Origin: Arcobacteraceae bacterium
GTDB taxonomy: Bacteria; Campylobacterota; Campylobacteria; Campylobacterales; Arcobacteraceae
Direction: 5' to 3'
DNA: 64,000 nucleotides
Assembly (NCBI GenBank): GCA_965224485.1
Contig: CBDCZH010000010.1
Location: 1-64,000 of the forward strand
Every line of letters begins with the position of its first letter. Within the stretch, counting starts at the first letter, position 1. The notes below the pieces were generated by a model. That model was not told where the DNA came from and did no database searches. It saw only the letters and a list, made by a program, of their open reading frames with translations. Made by a program: the position numbers and the translations under genes. Shown here one piece after another: positions 33,156 through 42,011 of this stretch.

Positions 33156-33788
33156 TTATGGTTTATAAAAAGTACTATTTGCTTGACGTAATTCTTTTAC
33201 TTTTAAAAAAATCATTGAAGTCATAATTGCATCATTTAAAGCATCATGTTTTCCAAGTTCAGGAATATCTAGTGTTTTCATAATAGTATCAAATTTTAAA
33301 TCTACAAAAGCATACTCAGAATTTCTAGGTCTAGTTTTATAATACATGGAACTTACTTCTATTGATTCATTAGGTAGTTTAATTCCTAAGTACTCTTTTG
33401 TATATTTAGAAATAATAGCAATATCAAATTTTATGTAATAACCAACTATGCTTCTATTTCCAATAAATTTTAAAAGTTGATAAATAGCATCTTTAGGTTC
33501 TAAAGCATTTTTCAAATCAATAGGTCTTATTTGGTGGATTTTAATTGATTCTTCTTTTATGCTATTTGATGGTTTTACAAAAACATTAAAGGTATTTCTC
33601 ATTAGAATCTTATTGTTTTTTATAATAACAGCTCCAATAGAGAGTATTTCATCTTTTTTAGGATTTAAGCCTGTTGTTTCACAGTCTAAACAAACATATT
33701 CATTTGAAGATGGTGTATCAAATAAATATAAATAGTTTTTATCTAATAGGTTCTTTTTATTCCAATTTTTTAAAAAGTTTTTTAACAT
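33156..33788 (-). CDS. DEDDh 3'-5' exonuclease-like protein (second copy)
   Basis: DCETTG, GYYIKFD and HDALNDA motifs. Confidence 0.9.
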   Translation of the reverse strand: MLKNFLKNWNKKNLLDKNYLYLFDTPSSNEYVCLDCETTGLNPKKDEILSIGAVIIKNNKILMRNTFNVFVKPSNSIKEESIKIHQIRPIDLKNALEPKDAIYQLLKFIGNRSIVGYYIKFDIAIISKYTKEYLGIKLPNESIEVSSMYYKTRPRNSEYAFVDLKFDTIMKTLDIPELGKHDALNDAIMTSMIFLKVKELRQANSTFYKP

Positions 33789-35605
33789 TATGAAATCTTA
33801 TCAATTTTAAAACTATAAGAAATAAACTTTTTGAAAGAATTTACAATTTGAAAACTATCTTTTAATAAATCTCTCTCAATTTTACCTAAAGTATGGGTAT
33901 CAATACTGTTATTGATACTTTTTTTATCTTGTATTTGTGCTAGGTGTGATTTTAATCTTAAAGTATTTAATACTTCAAAAGCTTCAAGAAGCTCATTTGC
34001 CATCTCATTTTGTAGAACTTTCTTTTCAGTTAAAATTTTAATTCTTTTTACTGTTGTTGTTTCTCTGATTTTTTCTCTTAAAGCTAAAGATCTTATACCT
34101 TGAACAATTGGGAATACACCAGTTTTTTTAATATCTATTAAATGCTTTTTTGTCATAAAACTAGCAACGGTTCTTGGTGTATCAAAGGTTAATGTTGATT
34201 TTGCAAAATAAGCTAAAAAAACATCTTTGTCATGAAGTTTCTCAAATAAGTCATCTTTTAATTTAATTAATAAATCTTTTTCTCCTGCAACTGCAAAAGA
34301 GTCAAAGAAAATAGCCAAGTCCATATAATTTTGCATATCAGGTGCCTCAATCCATCTTGCTGTCTCTTTTTTATAATCTTCAACCCTTTTACACCAAAAA
34401 GGATTTGAAACCATTATGTTTCCCTCACATCTAGGATAACCAAAATCTATTAGTGCTTCGGTTATTTTCTTTGCATAAGGGGTGTATAATGAGATTTCTA
34501 TTCCATCTTGAATTACTAAAGCATTGTCTTGATCAGTTTTAATAATTTGTTCATTTCTTCCTTCACTTCCCATAACAATAAAACAGCAAGTTTTTAATAA
34601 ATCTTTTGGAATAATTAATTCACATAATTTTTTATATACTTTGGTATTAAGCTGTCCTATTAAGTTTGAAATATGATTTACTTTTACACCTTTTGCTTGC
34701 ATTGTTTTAATTATATTCATTAAAGAAATACTCGCAAGTTTTAACTCTTCTAGGTTTTTTGATTTTTTGATTTTTGTATCAACTACATTTGTATGGTTTG
34801 CAAAATGTGACAAAACATCAATTTGTTCTAAAATACCTATTAATTCATCTTTTGAATTAAGTACAGCAACTCTTTTTATATTTCTTTTGATTAATAAAGA
34901 TAAAGCATCAAATAAATAATCGTCATTATAAACATATAATAAAGGGAAAATAGCAATTTCACTAACTTTTATATTTAAATCTCTTCCTTCTAATAATACT
35001 TTTACTTTTAAAAGTGAATCTGTAATTATTCCATAAGAATTATCATGTTTTTTTACTATAATAGTAGAAGTTTTAAACTCCATTGATTTTTTAATTGCAT
35101 CAAGAAGTTTTGTATCTTCTTCTACTACACAAGCATCATGTACTATTGTATCTTCAACTTTATCTAGCATAAAAGTAGTTAAAGCAGATGTATATTCTTT
35201 ATCTTTAAGAACTTGAAACTTGTTAACTAAATTATTTAAGAAAAAATCTTTAAATTTTAAATTTGTTTCAAGTAATTGTAAAAAAGTATTTTTTTCTAGT
35301 TCATAACAAATAAGATCTTCATGTACAATAAAAGTAGTTTTGCATTTTGAATATATTAAAGAGTTTGCATCAAAAGAATCTTCTTGATGAAAATCCATTA
35401 AAATTTCACCATCTTTCATCTCATGAACACTTCCTTTTATAATAATAAAAAAATGATCATGTATTTTTTCAGGGCTAATTAAAATAGCATTTTTTGGATA
35501 ATAAGCTATGTCCATATGTTTGATACACTTATGTAACTCTTCTTGATTTAATTCTTCAAATGGATGAATATTTGATAGAAACGATTGTTGATCTCTTAGG
35601 CTCAT
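33788..35605 (-). CDS. cNMP-binding/CBS/DUF294 putative nucleotidyltransferase (second copy)
   Basis: HPF, CBS pair, MGSEGRNEQIIKTDQDNAL, CEGNIMVSNP.W and DIKKTG. Confidence 0.9.
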   Translation of the reverse strand: MSLRDQQSFLSNIHPFEELNQEELHKCIKHMDIAYYPKNAILISPEKIHDHFFIIIKGSVHEMKDGEILMDFHQEDSFDANSLIYSKCKTTFIVHEDLICYELEKNTFLQLLETNLKFKDFFLNNLVNKFQVLKDKEYTSALTTFMLDKVEDTIVHDACVVEEDTKLLDAIKKSMEFKTSTIIVKKHDNSYGIITDSLLKVKVLLEGRDLNIKVSEIAIFPLLYVYNDDYLFDALSLLIKRNIKRVAVLNSKDELIGILEQIDVLSHFANHTNVVDTKIKKSKNLEELKLASISLMNIIKTMQAKGVKVNHISNLIGQLNTKVYKKLCELIIPKDLLKTCCFIVMGSEGRNEQIIKTDQDNALVIQDGIEISLYTPYAKKITEALIDFGYPRCEGNIMVSNPFWCKRVEDYKKETARWIEAPDMQNYMDLAIFFDSFAVAGEKDLLIKLKDDLFEKLHDKDVFLAYFAKSTLTFDTPRTVASFMTKKHLIDIKKTGVFPIVQGIRSLALREKIRETTTVKRIKILTEKKVLQNEMANELLEAFEVLNTLRLKSHLAQIQDKKSINNSIDTHTLGKIERDLLKDSFQIVNSFKKFISYSFKIDKIS

Positions 35606-35658
35606 TTATGTCCTTTATATGTGATAGTACTTTTATATGATAAATAAGTTTATCATAA

Positions 35659-35698
35659 AAAAATACTGAAAAATACTGAAAAATACTAAAAAATACTA
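35659..35698. repeat. 4 x 10-bp tandem repeat AAAAATACT(G/A)
   Basis: Seen directly, between a terminator and the DUF294 gene start. Confidence 0.85.
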
Positions 35699-35731
35699 AA
35701 AAAGCCTGTATGTTTTCATACAGGCTTTTTT
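35698..35731 (-). terminator. Rho-independent terminator after the SSS transporter
   Basis: AAAAAAGCCTGTATG-TTTT-CATACAGGCTTTTTT. Confidence 0.85.
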
Positions 35732-35773
35732 ATTTCTTTTTAAGAGGCAAGAAAATCTTGCCAAAGCCAAAAT

Positions 35774-37654
35774 CTAATGATCGTGTGCTTCACCAACCCC
35801 AGATGGGATTCTGATGCTTTCAACTAAATCTTGAATCTCTTGTGGAGGTTCAGGAGTCATTCTAGAAACAACATAAGCAACTATTAGATGTAATAATGTA
35901 CCAATAGTACCAATTCCAGAAGGAGCAATTCCAAATAAATAATCAGCCTTGTCTCCGCCTAAGAATACAAAGTATACGATATATCCAAATGTGAAGATTA
36001 AACCAGTTAAAATACCAGCAATAGCACCTTCTTTATTCATTCTTTTATCAAAAACACCAAGTATAATTGTAGGGAAGAACGCCGCAGCTGCTAGACCAAA
36101 GGCAAAAGCAACAACTTGGGCAACAAAACCAGGAGGATTTATTCCTAGATACCCTGCGACACAAATAGCAGCTACTGCTGAGATTCTTGCCCACATTAAC
36201 TCTGATTTCTCACTTAACGTTGATTTTCCAGTCTCTTTATCTTTAAAGATTACTTGACCCATTAAATCATGTGAAATAGCAGATGCAATTACAAGTAATA
36301 ATCCTGCTGCTGTAGATAATGCTGCTGCTAGACCACCAGCTGCAATGAATGCAATAACCCAGTTAGGTAAGTTTGCAATTTCAGGATTCGCTAGAACCAT
36401 AATATCTCTATCAACATAAAGTTCATTTTCAATTTTTCCTGAATTAGCAGAAGCTACACCATTTGTAGTAATTCTGTGTCCATCTTCAGCTCTTTTATTT
36501 CCGTCAAATACAGGTTTACCTTTAGCGCCTTCAAAAGCTCTTCCTGTTCCATATTGAATTTTACCATCGCCATTTTTATCATTCCAAGCGATTAATCCAC
36601 CATTTTCCCAAGTTTTAAACCAGTTTCCATTATTAGAAGAACCGTCTGAATGTTTAACTTCACCAGCAACAAATGCTTTATATTCAACATTTTGTAAGTT
36701 TTTAATTAAGTTAACTCTTGAGAATGCAGCAACTGAAGAAATAGTTGTATACATAATAGCAATAAACAATAAAGCCCAACCAGCAGATATTCTTGCATCT
36801 TTAACAGTAGGTACTGTAAAGAATCTAACAATAACGTGAGGTAAACCAGCAGTTCCTAACATTAAAGCAGTTGTTAACATAAACATATTCCATAAGTTTC
36901 CAGATTGAGTATATTCATTAAAACCTAAGTCTGATATAGCAGTATCAAGAGCATATAAAAGATAAGTTCCTTCTGGAATAACTTGAACACCTGAATCAAA
37001 TGCAAAAGTAGTAGTTGCGAATAATCCTAATTGTGGTAAGAATGTATCAGTAACTTGAAGTGAAAGGAAAATTGCAGGAATCATATATGCAAAAATCATA
37101 ACAACATATTGTGCAACTTGTGTATAAGTAATACCTTTCATTCCACCTAAAACAGAGTAGAAAAATACTATACCCATACCAATAAGAACACCAGTATTTA
37201 CATCAACTTGTAAGAATCTTGAGAAAACAATCCCAACCCCTCTCATTTGACCTGCTACATATGTAAATGATATAAAGATTACGGCAACAACTGCAACAGT
37301 TCTTGCTACATCTGAGTAATATCTATCTCCAACAAAATCAGGAACAGTAAATTTACCAAATTTTCTCAAATATGGTGCTAAAAGCATAGCTAGTAGAACA
37401 TATCCACCAGTCCAACCCATTAAGTAAGCTCCACCATCACTTCCTTTAAAAGAAATAATACCAGCTAATGAGATAAATGACGCGGCACTCATCCAATCTG
37501 CTGCTGTTGCCATACCATTTGCAACTGGATGAACTCCACCACCTGCTACATAAAACTCTTTAGTTGAACCAGCTTTTGCCCATAAAGCAATACCAATATA
37601 AACTGCAAAAGAAACACCTACAAATAGGTAAATTAAAGATTGTAATTCCATCAT
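35774..37654 (-). CDS. Sodium:solute symporter, ActP-related (VC_2705-like subfamily)
   Basis: FYVAGGGV, NGMATAADWMSAASFIS, GWTGGYVL and [16 protein letters not shown] motifs. Confidence 0.9.
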   Translation of the reverse strand: MMELQSLIYLFVGVSFAVYIGIALWAKAGSTKEFYVAGGGVHPVANGMATAADWMSAASFISLAGIISFKGSDGGAYLMGWTGGYVLLAMLLAPYLRKFGKFTVPDFVGDRYYSDVARTVAVVAVIFISFTYVAGQMRGVGIVFSRFLQVDVNTGVLIGMGIVFFYSVLGGMKGITYTQVAQYVVMIFAYMIPAIFLSLQVTDTFLPQLGLFATTTFAFDSGVQVIPEGTYLLYALDTAISDLGFNEYTQSGNLWNMFMLTTALMLGTAGLPHVIVRFFTVPTVKDARISAGWALLFIAIMYTTISSVAAFSRVNLIKNLQNVEYKAFVAGEVKHSDGSSNNGNWFKTWENGGLIAWNDKNGDGKIQYGTGRAFEGAKGKPVFDGNKRAEDGHRITTNGVASANSGKIENELYVDRDIMVLANPEIANLPNWVIAFIAAGGLAAALSTAAGLLLVIASAISHDLMGQVIFKDKETGKSTLSEKSELMWARISAVAAICVAGYLGINPPGFVAQVVAFAFGLAAAAFFPTIILGVFDKRMNKEGAIAGILTGLIFTFGYIVYFVFLGGDKADYLFGIAPSGIGTIGTLLHLIVAYVVSRMTPEPPQEIQDLVESIRIPSGVGEAHDH

Positions 37655-37660
37655 CGTCTC

Positions 37661-37915
37661 CTATTCGTGAACGCCGTATTTTTCATCAATTTTTGTCATT
37701 ACTCTTACGTAAACAAAAATTAAAACTACAAATACATAAATTGCACCTTGTTGGGCAAACCAAAATCCTAATTTAACACCAGATATTTCAATAGCGTTAA
37801 GTTCATTAATAAATAAAATTCCACAACCGTAAGAAACAACAAACCAAACAACTAAAAGTTTAAGTATCATTGAAATGTTTTCTTTCCAATAGGCCTGAGC
37901 TTTTTCTGGACTCAT
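37661..37915 (-). CDS. DUF4212 small SSS-associated membrane protein
   Basis: AYWKEN..., LGFWFAQQG; GGAG RBS before MSPEK. Confidence 0.88.
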   Translation of the reverse strand: MSPEKAQAYWKENISMILKLLVVWFVVSYGCGILFINELNAIEISGVKLGFWFAQQGAIYVFVVLIFVYVRVMTKIDEKYGVHE

Positions 37916-37981
37916 CTCTTCTCCTTTGAATTTGAGCGTATTCATGAATAATAAATTATTCATTTCTAATTAAACATGGTA

Positions 37982-38016
37982 AGTATAGGAACAGTAAATA
38001 GCAAAAAGATAGCAAT
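37982..38016 (-). promoter_or_regulatory. DUF4212-SSS promoter: TGCTA-N6-TGCTA box upstream of a TATACT -10
   Basis: + strand TAGCA at 37999 and 38010, AGTATA at 37982-87; same spacing as at pta. Confidence 0.6.
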
Positions 38017-38083
38017 TGAAATATTTTGTAAAAGAATTTGTAAATTTAGGAAATAATGAAAGTTAAGAGGGCTAAGCAGGGGT

Positions 38084-38746
38084 TTAAGTAGAATAATACC
38101 TATCTATTTTATACCCTAAACCTCTAATATTTTTAATGAAATCTTCTTTTAAAACTTTTTTAAGTCTTGAGATTTCTGCTCTAATTGTTGGGTTGTCAAT
38201 ATCTTCAGCATCCCAAACATCAACTCTAAATCTTTCAAAATCAACTATCATATTAATATTAAGAGCTAAAATATTAATAATCTCTAATTGTTTTTTGGTT
38301 AAGTTTTGATGCTCTGCATTGAAGTATAAAATTTTTGTATCTTTAGAATACGAGTAGTTTTCTGAAAATCTCATATGTGAAGTTTTTTGCTGATCTTTTT
38401 TAAGTATCTGGTTTATTTTAATTCCTAATTCTTCTAAGTGAAAAGGTTTTTTAATATATTCTCTACACCCAAGTTCATAACCTTTTGTTAAATCTTCAAT
38501 ATCAGAAAGTGCAGTTGTATAAATAGTTGGTATGAAAATTTGCTTATCATTAAGTTCTTTTAAAACTTCAAAACCACTTTTATTAGGTACATTTACATCT
38601 AAAATTAATAAATCATAAGAATTATCAACTTCATCTATAACTTTTTGTCCATCATTAAAACTCTGAACCATATGTCCTATATTAATCAAGTACTCACTTA
38701 TTGCTTTATTTAAAAGTAATTCATCTTCAAGAAGTAATATTTTCAT
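38084..38746 (-). CDS. OmpR/PhoB-family response regulator
   Basis: LLEDE, LILDVNVP, KKPF and winged-helix ISRLKK..IKNIRGLGY. Confidence 0.93.
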   Translation of the reverse strand: MKILLLEDELLLNKAISEYLINIGHMVQSFNDGQKVIDEVDNSYDLLILDVNVPNKSGFEVLKELNDKQIFIPTIYTTALSDIEDLTKGYELGCREYIKKPFHLEELGIKINQILKKDQQKTSHMRFSENYSYSKDTKILYFNAEHQNLTKKQLEIINILALNINMIVDFERFRVDVWDAEDIDNPTIRAEISRLKKVLKEDFIKNIRGLGYKIDRYYST

Positions 38747-40307
38747 TTGTTTCAAACCTATAATTAAATTTTGTCTCTTTGTTAGTTGAAGTTAATGTAA
38801 TTATAACCTTATTCTTATCACATATCTCTTTTACTATTCTTAATCCTAAACCAAAACCACCACGTGCATGATTTTCTCTATAAAAGTCATTAAATATTTT
38901 ATCTGGATTATCAATTTTTTGAGATTTTGTTTTAACCTCAAAACTAATTCCATTATCATCTTGTAGTAGTTTTATAAAAATTGGTTCATCTTTAAAAGAG
39001 TATTTTATTGCATTTGAAACATTATTATCAATAATTCTTGTTAAAAGAGTATTGTTAAAAGGTATATAAATTGCATCTTGTATATTTGTGACAAAAAATA
39101 GTTCATTAGCACTTGCTATTTCATTAAAAAACTCTAGTCTTTGTTTTAAAGAATCTGTAAAATTGATATTTTCTTTTTTGTAAGTAACCCTATCTTTTTT
39201 AATTAAGTAGGATAAGTCATCATAAATATATTGAATCGTTTTGACTCCACATTGTATATTTCTAATATAAGTATTTGAATTATCTTTCATTCTTAGTAAA
39301 TCTATATTTGTTTGAATAATTGCTAAAGGAGTATTTATTTCATGCACTGAATTCTTTAAAAATTGTTTTTGAGAATCAATTAAAGCAAGTAGTTCTTTGT
39401 TCTGTCCTTTAATTGTATCTTCTAAACTCGTATTTAAATCTTCTAACATAGTGGTTTTAACTTTCATTTTATCCATTGCATCACGTGCAAAGTTTGCAAT
39501 TACTTTAAACTCTCCAAAAATAATCTTACTTTGATTGGGTTGTACATCTTTATTTTGGGATTCTTTTAAATATTTGCCAATTTCTTTTACATCATTTACT
39601 ATTAATATTGTTGCATTTTTATAAATAAAAATAGAGTATAAAACAAGCATAATAGTAAGTGATAATATTTGTAGAATATAATTTGAGATTTTTTGGTCAT
39701 ATTGTTCTTTTTTTTGCCTTACTAATTTGTCAATTTCATCTAAATAAACACCTTTCCCAATAGTCCAATTCCAAGGTTTATAGGATAGGGCATACGATAT
39801 TTTAGGAACATCTCTTTTTAGTTCTGGTTTATACCACAAGTACTGAACAAAACCTCCTGCTTTATCTTTTGAAACATCAATTATCTCTTTAATAACTTTT
39901 ATACCATTTTCATCTGTAAATTCATATAAGTTTTTACCAATATTTTTTTTTGAAAGAGGATAATATATTGAAAGTCCAGCATAATTATAAATAAAAATAT
40001 AATCATTTATATTTTGTCTGTTTTTCATTTGATTTATGGCGTCTAAAATGTCTTTTTTTATTTGATTTTGGGATTTTGTATTTTTAAATTTATTGTTATA
40101 ATAGTGAATAAAATTTAGAGTTTTTTCAATATCAGTTCTAATAGCATCTTTTTGTTTTGAAATATAATCTGATTTTATAATTTCAATTTTTTCTTGAAAC
40201 TCATCAAAGGCATTATCTATTATTATGAAAGTAAAAGAAGATATTAAAATTATTATAAAAATAATACTATAAAGAATTAAGTGGTAAAGAGATTTTGCTT
40301 TTATCAT
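38727..40307 (-). CDS. Cache-domain sensor histidine kinase
   Basis: TM, single Cache_2-like domain (GGFVQYLWYKP, KISY..YKPWNWTIGKGVY), TM, HEINTPL, NNVSNAIKY and GFGLGL. Confidence 0.92.
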   Translation of the reverse strand: MIKAKSLYHLILYSIIFIIILISSFTFIIIDNAFDEFQEKIEIIKSDYISKQKDAIRTDIEKTLNFIHYYNNKFKNTKSQNQIKKDILDAINQMKNRQNINDYIFIYNYAGLSIYYPLSKKNIGKNLYEFTDENGIKVIKEIIDVSKDKAGGFVQYLWYKPELKRDVPKISYALSYKPWNWTIGKGVYLDEIDKLVRQKKEQYDQKISNYILQILSLTIMLVLYSIFIYKNATILIVNDVKEIGKYLKESQNKDVQPNQSKIIFGEFKVIANFARDAMDKMKVKTTMLEDLNTSLEDTIKGQNKELLALIDSQKQFLKNSVHEINTPLAIIQTNIDLLRMKDNSNTYIRNIQCGVKTIQYIYDDLSYLIKKDRVTYKKENINFTDSLKQRLEFFNEIASANELFFVTNIQDAIYIPFNNTLLTRIIDNNVSNAIKYSFKDEPIFIKLLQDDNGISFEVKTKSQKIDNPDKIFNDFYRENHARGGFGLGLRIVKEICDKNKVIITLTSTNKETKFNYRFETNENITS

Positions 40308-40384
40308 GAAATTATCCTATATAAATAATTAAACATAATAACTAAAGTTGTGTAAGAAAAAGGTTAGGTGATTACTAAAATAAG

Positions 40385-40461
40385 TGGCGCGGTAGAAGGG
40401 ACTCGAACCCTCGACCTCCTGCGTGACAGGCAGGCGTTCTAACCAACTAAACTACTACCGC
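40385..40461 (-). tRNA. tRNA-Asp(GTC)
   Basis: Cloverleaf GCGGTAG...CCTGC-CTGTCAC-GCAGG...TTCGAG...CCA. Confidence 0.97.
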
Positions 40462-40546
40462 GCTTGAAAATAACGAATAATTATATTCGTAAGTCACTAA
40501 AATGAATCTTAAAAATCTATGCTCCTGCATAATATGACTTTTAAAA

Positions 40547-40622
40547 TGGTGGTCAATAGAAGACTCGAACTTCTGACGTCTACCTTGTAAGGGTAGCGCT
40601 CTACCAACTGAGCTAATCGACC
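40547..40622 (-). tRNA. tRNA-Val(TAC)
   Basis: Anticodon loop CTTACAA; encoded CCA. Confidence 0.97.
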
Positions 40623-40670
40623 TCTTTAAACTAGTTCTAAACCGTAAACACTGTTATCGGCATAATTAAT

Positions 40671-40745
40671 TGGTGATCCCTAGGGGATTCGAACCCCTAT
40701 GGTAGGAATGAAAATCCTAAATCCTAACCATTAGATGAAGGGACC
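40671..40745 (-). tRNA. tRNA-Glu(TTC)
   Basis: Anticodon loop TTTTCAT; encoded CCA. Confidence 0.96.
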
Positions 40746-40783
40746 ACAAATAAATTTATATTTTATAAAATAAATTATAAAAT

Positions 40784-40859
40784 TGGTGACCCGTGATGGA
40801 TTCGAACCATCGGCCACCTCCTTAAAAGGGAGATGCTCTACCAGCTGAGCTAACAGGTC
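40784..40859 (-). tRNA. tRNA-Lys(TTT)
   Basis: Anticodon loop CTTTTAA; encoded CCA. Confidence 0.97.
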
Positions 40860-40870
40860 ACAAGATAAAA

Positions 40871-40947
40871 TGGCGCGGTAGAAGGGACTCGAACCCTCGA
40901 CCTCCTGCGTGACAGGCAGGCGTTCTAACCAACTAAACTACTACCGC
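40871..40947 (-). tRNA. tRNA-Asp(GTC)
   Basis: Identical to 40385-40461. Confidence 0.97.
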
Positions 40948-41035
40948 GCTTAAAAATAACGAATACTTAAATTCGTAAGTCACAAAATAAAAAATCTTAA
41001 AAATCTATGCTCCTGCATAATATGATTTTTAAAAA

Positions 41036-41111
41036 TGGTGGTCAATAGAAGACTCGAACTTCTGACGTCTACCTTGTAAGGGTAGCGCTCTACCAACTGA
41101 GCTAATCGACC
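41036..41111 (-). tRNA. tRNA-Val(TAC)
   Basis: Identical to 40547-40622. Confidence 0.97.
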
Positions 41112-41125
41112 GTTGACATTTAATA

Positions 41126-41200
41126 TGGTGATCCCTAGGGGATTCGAACCCCTATGGTAGGAATGAAAATCCTAAATCCTAACCATTAGATGAAGGGACC
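41126..41200 (-). tRNA. tRNA-Glu(TTC)
   Basis: Identical to 40671-40745. Confidence 0.96.
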
Positions 41201-41215
41201 AAAATAAATGTCAAA

Positions 41216-41291
41216 TGGTGACCCGTGATGGATTCGAACCATCGGCCACCTCCTTAAAAGGGAGATGCTCTACCAGCTGAGCTAACAGGTC
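41216..41291 (-). tRNA. tRNA-Lys(TTT)
   Basis: Identical to 40784-40859. Confidence 0.97.
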
Positions 41292-41333
41292 ACTTGACAA
41301 CAATTTAAAAACGTTTTCTTAAATTGGAGTGGA

Positions 41334-41362
41334 ATTATATGAAAAATATTTCTATTTGTCAA
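41334..41362 (-). promoter_or_regulatory. Consensus sigma70 promoter of the tRNA operon
   Basis: TTGACA (41362-57), 17 bp, TATAAT (41339-34). Confidence 0.85.
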
Positions 41363-41858
41363 GTGTTTTTTGAACAAATTTATAAATTTTAGAAAGAGAG
41401 CATTTTGCAGCTTGAATTTGCACCTCTTTTCTTGGTCCTAAAAAATGAAATGTTTCACAGTGATAATTATCTAAATCATCGCAAATACCGATGATTACAG
41501 TACCTACTATTTTCTCTTTTGTAGCTCCATTGGGACCTGCAATTCCAGATATAGCAATTGCAAAATTTGCATTGAATTTTTTCCTTACGCCGCTTAACAT
41601 TTCCTTAACTGTTTGAATTGATACTGCTCCATATTTTTCTAAGGTTTTATTTTTTACTTTTAACTCTTGATTTTTTATTTTATTTGAGTAAGAAATAATG
41701 CTTCCGTCAAAAATATTTGAAGACCCTGAATTTTCTGTAATTAAAGAAGAGACTAATCCTCCCGTACAAGATTCTGCACAAGTTATTGTCTTTTTATGTT
41801 TTATTAGTAAGTTTTGAAGTTTTATCATATCTTCTTGGGAAAAAATTTTATCATACAT
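41352..41858 (-). CDS. CinA/PncC family protein (NMN deamidase-like)
   Basis: AESCTGG, SGSS, YSN..K, GAVS and SGIAGPNG motifs. Confidence 0.92.
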   Translation of the reverse strand: MYDKIFSQEDMIKLQNLLIKHKKTITCAESCTGGLVSSLITENSGSSNIFDGSIISYSNKIKNQELKVKNKTLEKYGAVSIQTVKEMLSGVRKKFNANFAIAISGIAGPNGATKEKIVGTVIIGICDDLDNYHCETFHFLGPRKEVQIQAAKCSLSKIYKFVQKTLDK

Positions 41859-42011
41859 AACTAGCCTTTTTTTATATAAACATATTATATTAAGAAGAGT
41901 ATATATATAAAATCTTTAAAAATATCTTTTTTGTATTTATTACTTGCCTTAAGGGCAAATAAGAGTGTATAAAGCACAGGTATACTTGTACTTTATACTT
42001 TTGTACTGTTT

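Noticed and set aside
40385..41291. Repeated 75-77 bp sequences with spacers resembling a CRISPR array
   Set aside because: They are complete tRNA genes; no cas genes are present in the window.
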